In this document: positions 11,961 to 23,655 of the stretch, one piece after another
Numbering within the stretch: position 1 is the stretch's first letter
Layout: each line of letters begins with the position of its first letter
Assembly: GCF_018350175.1 (NCBI RefSeq)
Contig: NC_058368.1
Span: 204,788,001-204,852,000, forward strand
Direction of reading: 5' to 3'
DNA: 64,000 bases
Source of the DNA: Felis catus
Lineage: Eukaryota
Made by a program: the position numbers and the translations under genes
Notes under the pieces: model-generated
Seen by the model: only the letters and a program-made list of their open reading frames with translations
What the model was told of the DNA's origin: nothing
Databases searched by the model: none

Positions 11961-12904
11961 AGGTGACGATGACTGTATCAAACTTCTGTCTCATAATCAT
12001 GTTTCTATTGAAAAGTAACTTACGATGTGAAGGAAGTTGTTTGTGAGCTTATAAAACTGTAAGCAATTCATTTGTTGTGCCCATCTAAGATGATAATCTT
12101 TTGGAATCCTTTCAAAACTTAACTCTGACCTCGGTCATTATGTTTATGTTCAGAATGCCCATTTTCACAAAATCTTGGACTCATTTATGCTCCAAATGCC
12201 AGTCAATGAAACTTCAATATTTTCCTCCGGTTGGATATTCATTTTAATTTCAGGTGGAAATGCCACTGATCACAAAACTTACACTCTCACAGCAATATGC
12301 AGTAAATTCAGTGAAAAGGAATGGCTTTTAAAAGTGAGAGAACAAAATCTCTTTCAGAAAGATGTGCAGGATATATAAGTCTGTCAATGCTGCTTACCAA
12401 TGTAATTTGGTGTACAATCCACACCTAAAGTGGAACCTGGGGACTGATGGTTAAGGGTGTCCAAACAGTTAGAATGTGCCTACATCACTGGCTTACTATA
12501 GAAAACCCATCATGAGAAGACTTTGGGCTTCCTGGTACAGAGGTGTTTGGCAGGCACTTAGGCAGTGATTCCAAATTTGGAGACAAAGAACATCTGTGTT
12601 TCACAGAGGGGACAAAAAGGCCCACACTTGGGTCAGACCCTGGCCAATGCATACCCTTCTTCTACTGTTACCATATCGTAGCCTTTGCCTGTAAGGTAGC
12701 TGTCCTCGGAGTATAAACCATTTGATTCCTAGGAGTCCTTTCCACAATGGAACAGGGTAATTAATGTGTAATTAACACAAGTGGGGAGATCTGATCCTCC
12801 ATGAGGGTTCCAGCCAGCCCAGAGGCCCCATAACAAGGGGTGCTTGTGGGAATTGTTAAATGTGGAGAAGGATGGGTAACCAGGGAGCTATGAAGGGTGC
12901 TTCC

Positions 12905-13510
12905 ATTTAATTAATTCATATGCAAGGTACCGTTCAAGGTACCATGTTCAAGGTACCGTTTTAGGCCCGGTGAATTACACAACTCTGAATAAGATCCAGC
13001 TGTTCACAATCCCGATGGGGAGATAAGAGAAATATGCAAATAGCTCTACTGCAAAGCAGCATTTGATATATTCCTTAAAAGTGGTATAAAATAGCATGAT
13101 CTCCCTCGAAGATGAACATGGCGAAGGGAAGTACTGCTTTGGGCCAAGCACTGTGTTCTGGCTGAGCCTTAAACACGGGCAGGATTTATATTTACAGAAT
13201 GCAGGGTGAGGTGGAAGGAGGATTGTCCCAGAAGACGGGCTGAAATGAGCAAGTCCCAGGGGTGGGAAAGCACAGTGTTGTTGGGGAGTACTAAGTAGTG
13301 TAGACTTATAAGCGGGGATGAGGGATGTTGGATTTCAGTGGCTTGGGGTAGGTTTGAAGTTTGAAATTTGAGTTGTTTAGAGCAGAGTGATATGTTGGGT
13401 TCTTAAAACTGTCATTGGCAGAGGAAGGTGGATACAAGAAGGGAGAGATGAGTAGGGGGGAGAAGGGGAGAGGAGGGAGACTGCTACTCAGGGGTTACTA
13501 CAATAGCCCC
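12905..13510 (-). mobile_element. L2 fragment(s)
   Basis: Antisense L2 tail and body pattern (gctgagccttaaa...ggcaggattt; tttagagcagagtgatatg). Confidence 0.5.
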
Positions 13511-14349
13511 AGAATAACCTACAGGTGGCCTGGCGGGGTGTGGTGGCATCTATGTATGTTAGGTCAGTTCTGCCTGGAATTTGCCCTGAGGGGGTGTAAT
13601 TTGTTTTTCCTCCATGGGGGTTTTGCTTTGAATCTGAGAATTTAGAAAAATGCACATAGGAAATGTATGAATTATAACCGCGTAATGATCAGACAGTTCA
13701 CGTTGAACACTAGCTTCGTGTGTGAAGTTATCTCCTGAGTGAGAATATGAGATTGCTGATGTTAGGACAATATCTTACTCATCTCTTTCTTCCCCAGGGT
13801 GCAGAGTTAGAGCTGGGTGCCTAGCAAAGAATTAAACGCTTGGGATACAGTGACAGGGAGGTGATAAGAGCACCAGGGTCTGTCGCATCTCAATGAGATG
13901 CTCGGATGATAAAGGTGGCCCTGTGTCCAAGCATGTGCACTGTGGAAAAGCGTGCACTGGTAGCCACATCCACGGACGGGAGTAACTTTATCCAATCAGT
14001 CATGGGATGGAGGGGAGCTAACTTTTGAAAAGGAGAAGCTGGAAGGATAGTATTCTGCCTTGTGTGGGCAGGTCAGTATCTCTGTGATATATCACAGAGA
14101 AAGGATAATTGGTATTCTTGCTTATCACAAAGACAGAAAATCAACATATGCCAAATGACTTGGCAGGACTTTCTTCAACACATCTGCCATACCCAGAGGT
14201 TGTATTGCAACAAGGCCCAGCGTGACTTTACAAAGAAAATAGGAAAAATCGTACGACCCCTCCGAGGGAAAGTGAGGAGCAGAGTCCTACGTGTGTGGAG
14301 GAGAGACCAATGCAGGGCGGAGCATGCACATCAGTAAAACATTCTCCTT

Positions 14350-14455
14350 TCTGAAGTTTTTAATTTGAATTCCAGTATAGTTAGCATACAGTATTATATT
14401 AGTTTCAGGTGCACCCCTGTGTATAGAACAGTGACCCCACCATTCTATACATAGG
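14350..14455 (-). mobile_element. Very short 5'-truncated carnivore L1 3' end
   Basis: aattccagtatagttagcatacagtattatattagtttcaggtg matches the antisense L1 3' terminus; flanked by acattct on both sides (possible TSD). Confidence 0.7.
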
Positions 14456-15719
14456 AAGACATTCTTAACGGATTCCTTTTCATTTCCTTGCAGAAAGTAG
14501 CAATAAGTTACATTATCTGCTGCGTGAAGGCTTTGAAAAATACTGGCTGGGAGAACCCAAACATCACTAAAAAGCCACCCCTTTCCTAACCCCTCATATT
14601 AGGGGGTTATTAGGGAACAGACGAAGATGGTGGAGGCTTCTAAAACAGGAGGGTTTGAGTTCTGCGCACAGGACCAGCATATACGCTCAGACACCATGAA
14701 GTGGATCTCTAATGGAGCAGTGGACAAAGTTCCTTGGGAGCACAGAGGCAGAGCAAGTCTTTGGTTCTAGCCGATGTAGAGAAGCGTCCCCACAGAGCTG
14801 ATGTCTGAGTTCAGTCTTGGGGATGAAGGGGAGATTGTCAGAGGACAAGAGGGTGATGTGCAAAGGCGTTTTAAGGAGAAGAGCTCCCTTGAAGGCAGAA
14901 TTTTGGATCATAAGACGATATGGTTGAAGGGAAAGCTTTACTGTCAATGAGATCACTAGGTAAATAAACATCTCAAAATCATACTGACAACATAATACAC
15001 GATTTGCAAAAGGAGGCAGTTCCTAAATTCAATAAACGAATTGTTGGTCCACAATTATTTTATCTTTTTCCCCCCTTCACATTAGTTTGGCTTTACTTAA
15101 CCTCTAAAGACAAGCAAATGAGAGAGATGAAAAAGCCCCCTTGTAGAGAAGCTGAAAAAGACATCCTTTAAAAGTATATATATTTTTGCTTATTTATGCA
15201 AATTCAATCAGTCATTTATCCAGGTACCAAATCTCAAATAAGGCAGAGAAAAAAATAGTAGCTTGAATACGGTAAAGCATGGACAATATCACTGATGACA
15301 GAAAAAGGACTGAAATTCTTACTTGTCCCTAGGCCTGGATTAACTCTTTGCAGACTCTGGGATGCTCTGCCAAGGATAGCTGGTGTGGCTGGAACAGAAA
15401 GAGAAGAAAACCATTAGTCATCCCTGTAAAAATGGTCTGATGTGACTCTGTTACAATTTCACTTTCAAGTGACAAAATGTGACCTGGCTCAACCTCACGA
15501 TAATCCTCTCCCTTGTTTTCTTTTTCTTTTTAAAATTAAAAGTGTACCTACCCTCTAAAAAGAACTCATAAATATCAGAGCACATGGAAACCCTGGTGTT
15601 AGTCACCTCTGGTCTCATGGCTAGACATGGTCAGAAACAATGGAAAATTGCCTTCCTATAACATCTGAGTCCAAGCTTGAGCCTTGCTTGTGAAAATGCA
15701 GAGGGACATAAATTCTCGT

Positions 15720-15960
15720 TTCAAAACAATATTAAAAACAGTTCAGTCAAACAAGTTTATTCTTGGAAATAAACATGTGAGCAATCTTGGGGGTGGGGAA
15801 GGGATGAAGGGAACTGAAAAGTTGCACAGGAGGGACACAGGATTTGTGACGTGTGGCATGCAATGAGTCATCTATTCTAAAAGTGGCTATAATTCTATGG
15901 GTACCACTATTAGGTTGCATTAAAAACGGGAAAAATGGAAAATGATCAATGCAGTTGTCT
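15720..15960 (+). mobile_element. Possible L3/CR1 fragment
   Basis: aatgagtca...gtggcta...ttaggttgcattaa resembles the CR1 ORF2 3' region; very diverged. Confidence 0.35.
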
Positions 15961-18089
15961 TTGAACCTCTGAACCAGGTTGTTTTGCTACAACTGTTGCT
16001 ACTATGCAACTGTTATCTGGGTGGACAAGGGGATTTCTCTAGGATTCTGCACCTCCGTAGAGGGGCAACGTGGTCCAGGCTCACAATAAACTCTGGGAAT
16101 CCTGTGGAAGCGGGGAAGCTGCTGATGCTTTTGGGCCTCCGTAGAGGTCCGCAGAAACAATACTAAGAAATCTCTCTCTGATTATGAACAAAGGGCAAGG
16201 AGCAAAACAAAGATGCATTGGGCAGCGAGCTGACTCACTCCTGTCTCCCTGAATTTCAGAGTCAGGCGGGTCCTGCCCACCAGCCCCGGTCCACTCTTCA
16301 ATGTGCTTTTTTTTCACGAACTGCTCCCACTGAGTTACCAGGAGGAAGCAGCTGTCGGGTGTGGTGTTCATAATATAGAACCCAGCAGATGAAGTCAGGA
16401 TCCTCTCACTAAACCCTGCAGGATTCTAACCTTTGTCAGATTTTTTTCATTCTGGGCATATCAGTGAGAGCATTTTTCCAAGTGAAGTTAGGCTTTGGGG
16501 GTTTTGGGGAGTTAATATTTTAAATTCTGTGCAACTATGACTTCTGAACTATGAGTTCTTTTTATTCTCTCTCTAAATGTTAATATTAGAAGCTCATTTG
16601 CTGCCAAATGCAATAAAGAATTATGACAGAAAGCAAAGGGAATACACATTTGCCCAGAATAGATAATGTCTTGCACATTGATTTTAACGTGACCAGAAGG
16701 AAAATTGCATTTTATGAAAATACCCTCAAGTCTACTTGACCAGAGGCCTTGATATCCTCAGTCTTTATTATTACCATTATCTAGAACATGCTCCCCTCCA
16801 ATTCCTTACCACACATCAGAGAATGCTTTGTTTTATGACCCCTTGCCTTAAGTTGGGCATTAAAACATTATTTCAGTTGGTAAGTTTACATAATTTCTGA
16901 CTGTAAATGACTTGTTCCACTGACAACTGTATGCACCTTAAGAAAATTGTGACAGCTCAAAGGAAGAGTAAAATTAAATCAATCACAGGGCAGCATACAA
17001 TCCTACGTGTTATTTTGGTCAAAATTATCCAGCAAATGTGTCTCAGCTTAAAACTGGGAACACTAATGGACACCAGTTTCCAGGCACAGATCAGCAGTAA
17101 AGCTGACAAATTTCTCCAGAATGATGACTGAGATGGAATGTGGGGGTCAATTATGAGGCCCCAAGGGAGCATGCAGAGCCAAACCCCAGGCCCGGAAATG
17201 CCTGGGGAGCCCTGGCTACCCCTGACTCGTCACAAACAAGGATTTTGCTTTCTTTGCAGACAGACATCTGGTGCTTTCCTCTTTATGGTATCAGCATTTG
17301 GTAACATTTTCATAAAGCAAATGTGCTCCTCAGCTAACACTCTCCACAATATGTGATGAGTCAAGACATAAAAGGAACAAATGGCGTCCTCAAGGAAAGG
17401 CCACAGATTTGTACCAGGCCCAAAAGGGTGCTGGTTACAAAAGTAAAACACAATGAGTAAAACTGTCTTCTTAGCAAACAGAGGTGTCATGCTAAGTTGC
17501 TAATTTTAATTAGTGTCAAAGCTGTCCTTAATGTCTGTAAGTGCTGAGCAGTGAGGGAAAAACGAACGCATGCGACAATAAGCAGATAATGAACACTCTG
17601 ACATATTTACATAGGAGCTTTTAAATGCTGCTGTTATAAAATGGTCAGCTGCAGCCCCTGGCCTCAGCGAGCCCACAGTCTTCTGGGTAGGAATCTGTAA
17701 AGGAGCAGTGGGATGGCCCTTAGCAAGTCTGGACAAGCTTCCTGGGGAAGGGACTCTTTGAGATGGGTGCCGACCTTGGGATGAACAGGCAATGGAGAGA
17801 AAGGGAAAGGCAGCTGGGGCCAGGAGAACCACTGCACAAAAGTGAGACACAGGCTGGGTAGGTAAAGAGCCTCGATCTCTCTGTTGGGAGTGGGTGGAGC
17901 AAAGCTGAGCTGGGGTGTGTTGAGTTGGGGGGGATGTCAGGGTGCATTGGGGATGGTCATTCCAAACAACTTCATTTTGATCCTGCAAATGTTGGAGAAT
18001 TCCTGCTTTGCAGTATCCTGAGTAGAGCTCCTCAGGGTGGACCTGCCCAAGAACAGGACCCCAAGACTAGAACTAGCTGCAATCAGATC

Positions 18090-18265
18090 TTTCCTACCTA
18101 TGTGCAACCTTGTACTCAACTTTTAACTATGGCATATATCTGCCCCTGGTTTCTCCATCTATAAAATGGGGACAGTGACAAGTATCTATACATGCAAGGT
18201 TTAAATCAGTTAGTACACGCAATATACTAAATATACAATATAAGTGCTTAGTAAATGTTAGATAT
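18090..18265 (+). mobile_element. MIR
   Basis: ggtttctccatctataaaatgggga...aagtgcttagtaaatgttag. Confidence 0.65.
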
Positions 18266-18699
18266 TCTTATTATAGCTATTATTATTTTTCAGTTATTAT
18301 TGCTAGCCATTACCCTGAAAGCAAGGGCCCATCTTTTCTCATGAAGAATGTGACAGTGTTTTTCACAAGGCTGTGTGAGCTTAGGGCTTTGCACTTAGGA
18401 TGTTGCCCTAAGCCCAGTGAGACCCTCCACTATTTACATCCTCCTGTGCAGGCTGAATGTAGACAGTGGGACTCTGGGGAGGTGATTTTGGTCAAAGACT
18501 CAGGCTGGGACTAAATGCAGTCAATTCTAGTTTTTGTAAGTTAGTGAATTCTCTACTGTACCAGGAAGGGAGCTAGAGGGGAAGAATCAATGTTCTGGGG
18601 AGTATCGTAATTTACCAGTTGTGCAGCAATGGCATTTGGACCCAGCTCCGAATAGACCGTGCAAACACAAGTCAATAAACAAAAGTACTGCATGTGGCA

Positions 18700-18709
18700 G
18701 TCACGTGAC
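18700..18709. promoter_or_regulatory. Perfect CLEAR-type extended E-box GTCACGTGAC
   Basis: 10-bp palindrome with retained CpG, within a cluster of forkhead and HOX-like motifs; motif only. Confidence 0.4.
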
Positions 18710-18854
18710 GAGAGGTAACGTAAAGGGCCTCACATGGAATCTGCCATAAATTAAGCATTGATTAGTGTTAGCAGTTGTTATCCCTAGGAGTTTAGGATTA
18801 TGATAACGATGATGTAACTGTCATGAAATCTTTATCTCAAGACTGCCTCTGAGT

Positions 18855-18961
18855 GTGATAATTATTTTGCAATACCTACATCTGTCAAGTTATTACATTG
18901 TACACCTTAAACTTACACAATGATTTATGTCAATTTTGTCTCAATACAATTGGGAAAAAAA
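18855..18961 (+). mobile_element. Short L1 (L1MA/L1_Carn-like) 3' tail
   Basis: cattgtacaccttaaacttacacaatg...tgtcaattttgtctcaatacaattgggaaaaaaa. Confidence 0.75.
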
Positions 18962-19604
18962 CCTTCTGAGAGGTTTTGCTTTCTCCTTCAGGAAGGTTAG
19001 TTGTTCTCCATCGGACAGTCCTGGATACTGCTTTTACCCCCCTTGCTGTCACTGCTCATTTGCCTGTGCCCTTTGACACGCAGCGAGCTTCCTGGGGTGG
19101 GTATTTCATCTTTGTAACCTCTGTTAGGACAACAGGGCATGACACTTTTTAGAATCATGATGCCTGCTACATAAATGAGGCAAATGATGATGACTTATAA
19201 ATGCTCTATACTTTGGCTTTGAGGCTAAAAGGGAATCAAACAAAAATAATTTATTCTCAGCAAATTGTGTCTCTCCTTGGAAACCTCACATTTGATTGAC
19301 TATTGCCTGTCTTTCTGAGGTCTGTTTATCCTTGACCGTATAGCAGAAATCTTCTCTCCTTGGGTTTCAATGGCTACAGCTCTTTCCAGACCCACCTGTT
19401 GCCTTCCTGCCCTTCTTTTCTGTCAAACTGTGATCAACCTCACTAAAAAGTATTCAGTTTAAAGTCCTTATCTCCCTTCAACCTGCCCTTGCAGGCTCAA
19501 GGTCAAGCTTGGTATCTGGTCACACTGATGCCACACCCCAAACTATCCTGCTGTCTGAAGGCACTGGCTGATGGCAATGTTAAAAAATGTGAGGTGCTTA
19601 TGTC

Positions 19605-19830
19605 TCACATTGCTTATGTGCTTAAAAATGCACCAGGCACTATGCTAAGCACATTTTATAGATTTTCCCATTTTACCTTCACAACAACCCTCTGAAGTAT
19701 TATTAGTTATGTTTTATGGATGGGGGGGGGGGTCAGAGGCCCAGACCAACTAGCTAACTTGTCTTAGGCTACCCAGCAATTATACGGTAGAATCCAAATT
19801 TGAACTGGAGCCAGATTCTGAATCCACTCC
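19605..19830 (-). mobile_element. MIR
   Basis: ccaggcactatgctaagcac...cacaacaaccct...gaggcccaga...aacttgtcttaggctacccagc. Confidence 0.75.
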
Positions 19831-19835
19831 CGCTC

Positions 19836-20035
19836 CACTGTTTCCCAAACTTGCCTGACCATCAAGATCCACTGCGACATTTGTTAAACATATGGATTTC
19901 AAGGTCCTGTCTCAGATCTATAGAACCTGAATCTCCAGGGCCCTGGTCAATCTGTGTATTGGCAAGGTCCCCAGAATCTATTAGTTTATCTTCTATGCCC
20001 CATTCCCCAGCCAGGTGATTGTTATGACAAGGTGT
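19836..20035. mobile_element. hAT-Charlie MITE (MER5B-like)
   Basis: cactgtttcccaaacttgcctg...ttgttaaacatatggatt...gaatctccaggg...ccaggtgattgttatg. Confidence 0.6.
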
Positions 20036-21799
20036 ATTTGCTCTGGTTGGAGTCCGTGTCCTCTTTGGGGCTCTACTGTGAGGACTTCGCACACACAGGT
20101 GATGCTCATGAGGGCATACTTGTGCTATAGAGCGCAGGATGATTTGTCTGAATACTGCAGACATTCTGTCAAGATATAATGATGGGGCCAGGTTGCTGGG
20201 GCTTTGAGCAGAAATACCCTTTAGGGGTCAATTCATGAGAGACCAGGTAAGACGCATGACAGTGATGCTACACAGCAGGTCCTGGAACTGCACTGTCTTC
20301 TTGGCCATGGCTACCCTTGGGCACAGCAAATCCTGGGCCTGACTGCAGGGATACTTCTAAGCTGGAACTTCCTTTCCTTTGTGGCTCACTGGATTAACTG
20401 AATCCCCATCCACAGTTTCTCCTGAATTAAAGCATATTATCTCGTACATATTATGACTCTTGGCAGCTCTAAAGAAGCCTGTGTAATCTGAACAGGAAAT
20501 CTTTGGACCTTTGGAACAGACAATATTACCTCCCCAGAGCTCAATGAGGGAGTGTGTTTCTTTTATACTGGAACAGTAAATCACAGAGCACATCACGTGA
20601 GATAATCGAAACAAGCAAACAAAAAGAATCATGAAGTGATGCAGATGGTTTCAAGCACTTTTTCATGCTAAAAAAGTTTCTTTATGAAACAATATATAAC
20701 AATTTGGAAGAGAAACTATCATCAGGAAGAGCGCATGCTGAAATAAATCTGCAGTGGCCATATTTTGCTATAAATGTATTTTGAGAGTAGGTGGGCCTCA
20801 AGGTAAGAATCCATGTGCAGCGAGAGATCTTAGAGACCTCCTTTTCTCACAGGCCAGCCTCTTGCTTAGTGGGCCCAATGGGGGAAGTTTCCTAATAATA
20901 ACTTTAAGTTTCACATATTCCTTTCCTGTCTGGCAGCGGTCTCCTTGGTGAATTTAAAAAAAAAAAAAAACATCCTCCTGACACAAGCTTATGCACGTAC
21001 TGAGGACATCTGCTTGCAATTAAAGACAGATATTGGGGCCTGGCATTTCAAATGTAACCCTTTGGGTGATAAAACCAGTTAAAGGTGCAGTGGCTGAAGG
21101 AGAACACATTGGTGGTGCGGCTTTTGTCGTCGTGGTTGTTGTTTTTAAGGAGAACTAAAAGGAGCAATTAATATGAATTCCCGGTCTCAGCTGGCTTGCA
21201 TCTTCCTTCAGCAAAGCTTCCCAGCAATTTCTCTGGCTTTCCCTTCCAACTGCTACAAGAACAGTTAAACACCCTGCCCAGCTAGCCAGCCGCTCCTAGA
21301 GCTGCTTTTCATTATGGAGACAGCAGGGGTGTCAACACCGGCAATGGGCAGGAAGCCAGTCCCTGTGCCGTGCGATAGCCGGCCCGAGCATTCATAGACA
21401 ACGCTAAGAAGAGCACCAGAATCACAGGTTGGCACTTGGCCAAGATCAATACTAGGTAGGCCAGTCGGGGACATAGGGCTGAGAAGAGAAGGACAGACAA
21501 AGAGTATTAAAAGGTCAGACAGAAGCGGAGGGAGAAGGGCAGAAGTGTCTCTTCCCTTATAATGTTGTTTTAGAGGTTTTGAAGACCTGTGAATCCATTC
21601 ATTAAAGCAGGAGGGTCAGCCTGATTTAATAAGGTCCAAAGCTCAGATGGTGACTCATAGATGGTGTGCTGGGGCTGGCACTTCTTCCCAACTTTGTATT
21701 CAGTGGCATCACGTCATCGACTTGAGATCAGCCAAACTGGGAATATTTACACAATAAAAGTCGACAAATGCTACACATCAAGGCCCTCTGCCATCTAAT

Positions 21800-22095
21800 C
21801 CTATGGAAATTCCGTCCACCTTTCAAGAGCAGTTTGAGTGTATTCTCTTCCATGAAGTGTCTTATTTTCTCCCACTTGGACTCCATCCCTCCATCCTTTG
21901 TGTTTTTACACTTAAAAAAATACCTGGACTGGGGCACTTATTATTTCCTGCTACCATCTTAGTTATCTGATGTGCCCAATGAGTGAGAAATTCTTTGAAG
22001 CTTGAAGGCAAGAACCATGTCTCATTCTCCTTTGGGTTCACCATCCCATTAGCATAGTTTGTTAAACATAGTGAGTGCCCCATACATATTCATGA
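21800..22095 (+). mobile_element. L2 3' fragment
   Basis: cttgaaggcaagaaccatgtctcattc...catagtgagtgccccatacatatt. Confidence 0.6.
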
Positions 22096-22460
22096 GATGA
22101 CGGAATACTTCACCACGAACTCTTCCAACAAGGAAAGTTGGGAGGCATCACGACCTTACTTATATTATTACTTTGAATTTATCAGACATCCTGTGGCCTC
22201 TGGAGTCTGAATTTGCACAAAAGAAGACCCTCAAACGCGTTATTCGGTCCTATGATAAATGCCCTCCAGGAACCATGAATGCTCATACCGGAGGCAAAGT
22301 CAGCATATTTTAACCCATTTTCATGGCGTCTAGCTCCTTAACAGTGTTCAGTGAGGGAAAGAAATAATGAAAATAAGATTGTTTAATTTTCTCACTTCCC
22401 TTCCTGTCACCTGGGTGGTTCACTTGCCTGGCTTTGCTTACAGCACTGAGCCAGTCTTTT

Positions 22461-22695
22461 TTTTTTTTTATTTAAAAAAAAAATTTTTTTTTCAACGTTT
22501 ATTTATTTTTGGGACAGAGAGAGACAGAGCATGAACGGGGGAGGGGCAGAGAGAGAGGGAGACACAGAATCGGAAACAGGCTCCAGGCTCTGAGCCATCA
22601 GCCCAGAGCCCGACGCGGGGCTCGAACTCACGGACCGTGAGATCGTGACCTGGCTGAAGTCGGAGGCTTAACCGACTGCGCCACCCAGGCGCCCC
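22461..22695 (-). mobile_element. Young felid SINE (SINEC_Fc-like)
   Basis: Near-consensus body; TSD tgagccagtctttt (22447-22460/22696-22709). Confidence 0.97.
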
Positions 22696-23086
22696 TGAGC
22701 CAGTCTTTTGATATCATGGCATACGGTTCCCGGTGTACGTCTACGAGGCTGAGACTGGTAGCAGTGACTCTTACGTCCTGGGAATTGGTTGTTTTGGCAA
22801 ATTTATGGATCTTGTTTGGCCAAGGCGCCATTTCAGAAGCACAGCATGCTAAAGGTGTCCTAAGAAAGCATGTACTTTGCCAGAGGTTTTAAGGTGTATT
22901 TTCCCCTTTCTGGGCAAAGGCATTTTTTATAAACAGGTTGGTCTGGCTCCTGCCACTCTGTCTCTTGTTTCCAAGCTCTACTCATCAATTTCCACATAAC
23001 AGTTCTTGAACAAAATCCTGTTCCTTTGGGAAGTAGGTAGTTGAGAGCTAGGGAGCATGATCTCCAGTCAGAATTGCTGTGTGTGA

Positions 23087-23286
23087 GGGGGGCCTGGGTG
23101 GCTCAGTTGGTTAAGCGTCTGACTTCGGCTCAGGTCACGATCTCACAGTTCATGAGTTCGAGCCCCGCGTCGGGCTCTGTGCTGACAGCTGAGCCTGGAC
23201 CCTGCTTCAGATTCTGTGTGTGTGTCTCTCTCTCTGCCCTTCCCCCACTCCCTCTCTCTCAAAAATAAATAAACATTAAAAAAAAA
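23087..23286 (+). mobile_element. Can-SINE
   Basis: Head ggggggcctgggtggctcag; TSD agaattgctgtgtgtgag (23070-23087/23287-23304). Confidence 0.96.
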
Positions 23287-23289
23287 AGA

Positions 23290-23655
23290 ATTGCTGTGTG
23301 TGAGTACTTAATGGCATGCCGGGTGTGATCCTGGATGCTGAGGATACAATGGTGAAGAGAACAGATGGAATTCTGCCTTTCTGGGCCCATGTTCTAGTGT
23401 GTGTAGGGGAAGACAGCAGACAGATAAACAGATAGTGCCAGGGGGCAGGGCAGGGTAGCCAGATGTGGCGAGAGTGGCTATTACAGACCTGAAAAGCAGG
23501 GTGGAGGAATTTGGGCTCTGAGATTGGTTTGAGGGATAGCAAGGAGGCCCCGGTGGCAGTAGAGGGAGGGGAAGAGGGGGGAGAAGAAGGATTTGAGGTT
23601 GCAGAGGTGCCCAGAGTCAGATATCGTACAGTCTTGCAGGCCAGAGTGAGGACTT
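23290..23655 (-). mobile_element. L2 3' fragment
   Basis: gagtacttaatggcatgccggg...gatgctgaggatacaatggtgaa...gagggatagcaaggaggcc...gagtcagatatcgtacagtcttgcaggcc. Confidence 0.7.

Noticed and set aside
16052..16147. 12-bp direct repeat cctccgtagagg, 84 bp apart (possible TSD or CRISPR-like unit)
   Set aside because: Only two copies, no poly(A) or TE between them, and compatible with chance. No repeat-spacer array exists anywhere in the window.
17506..17988. Longest ORF in the track (160 aa)
   Set aside because: No recognisable domain, no convincing splice or Kozak context, and a length attainable by chance in GC-richer DNA.
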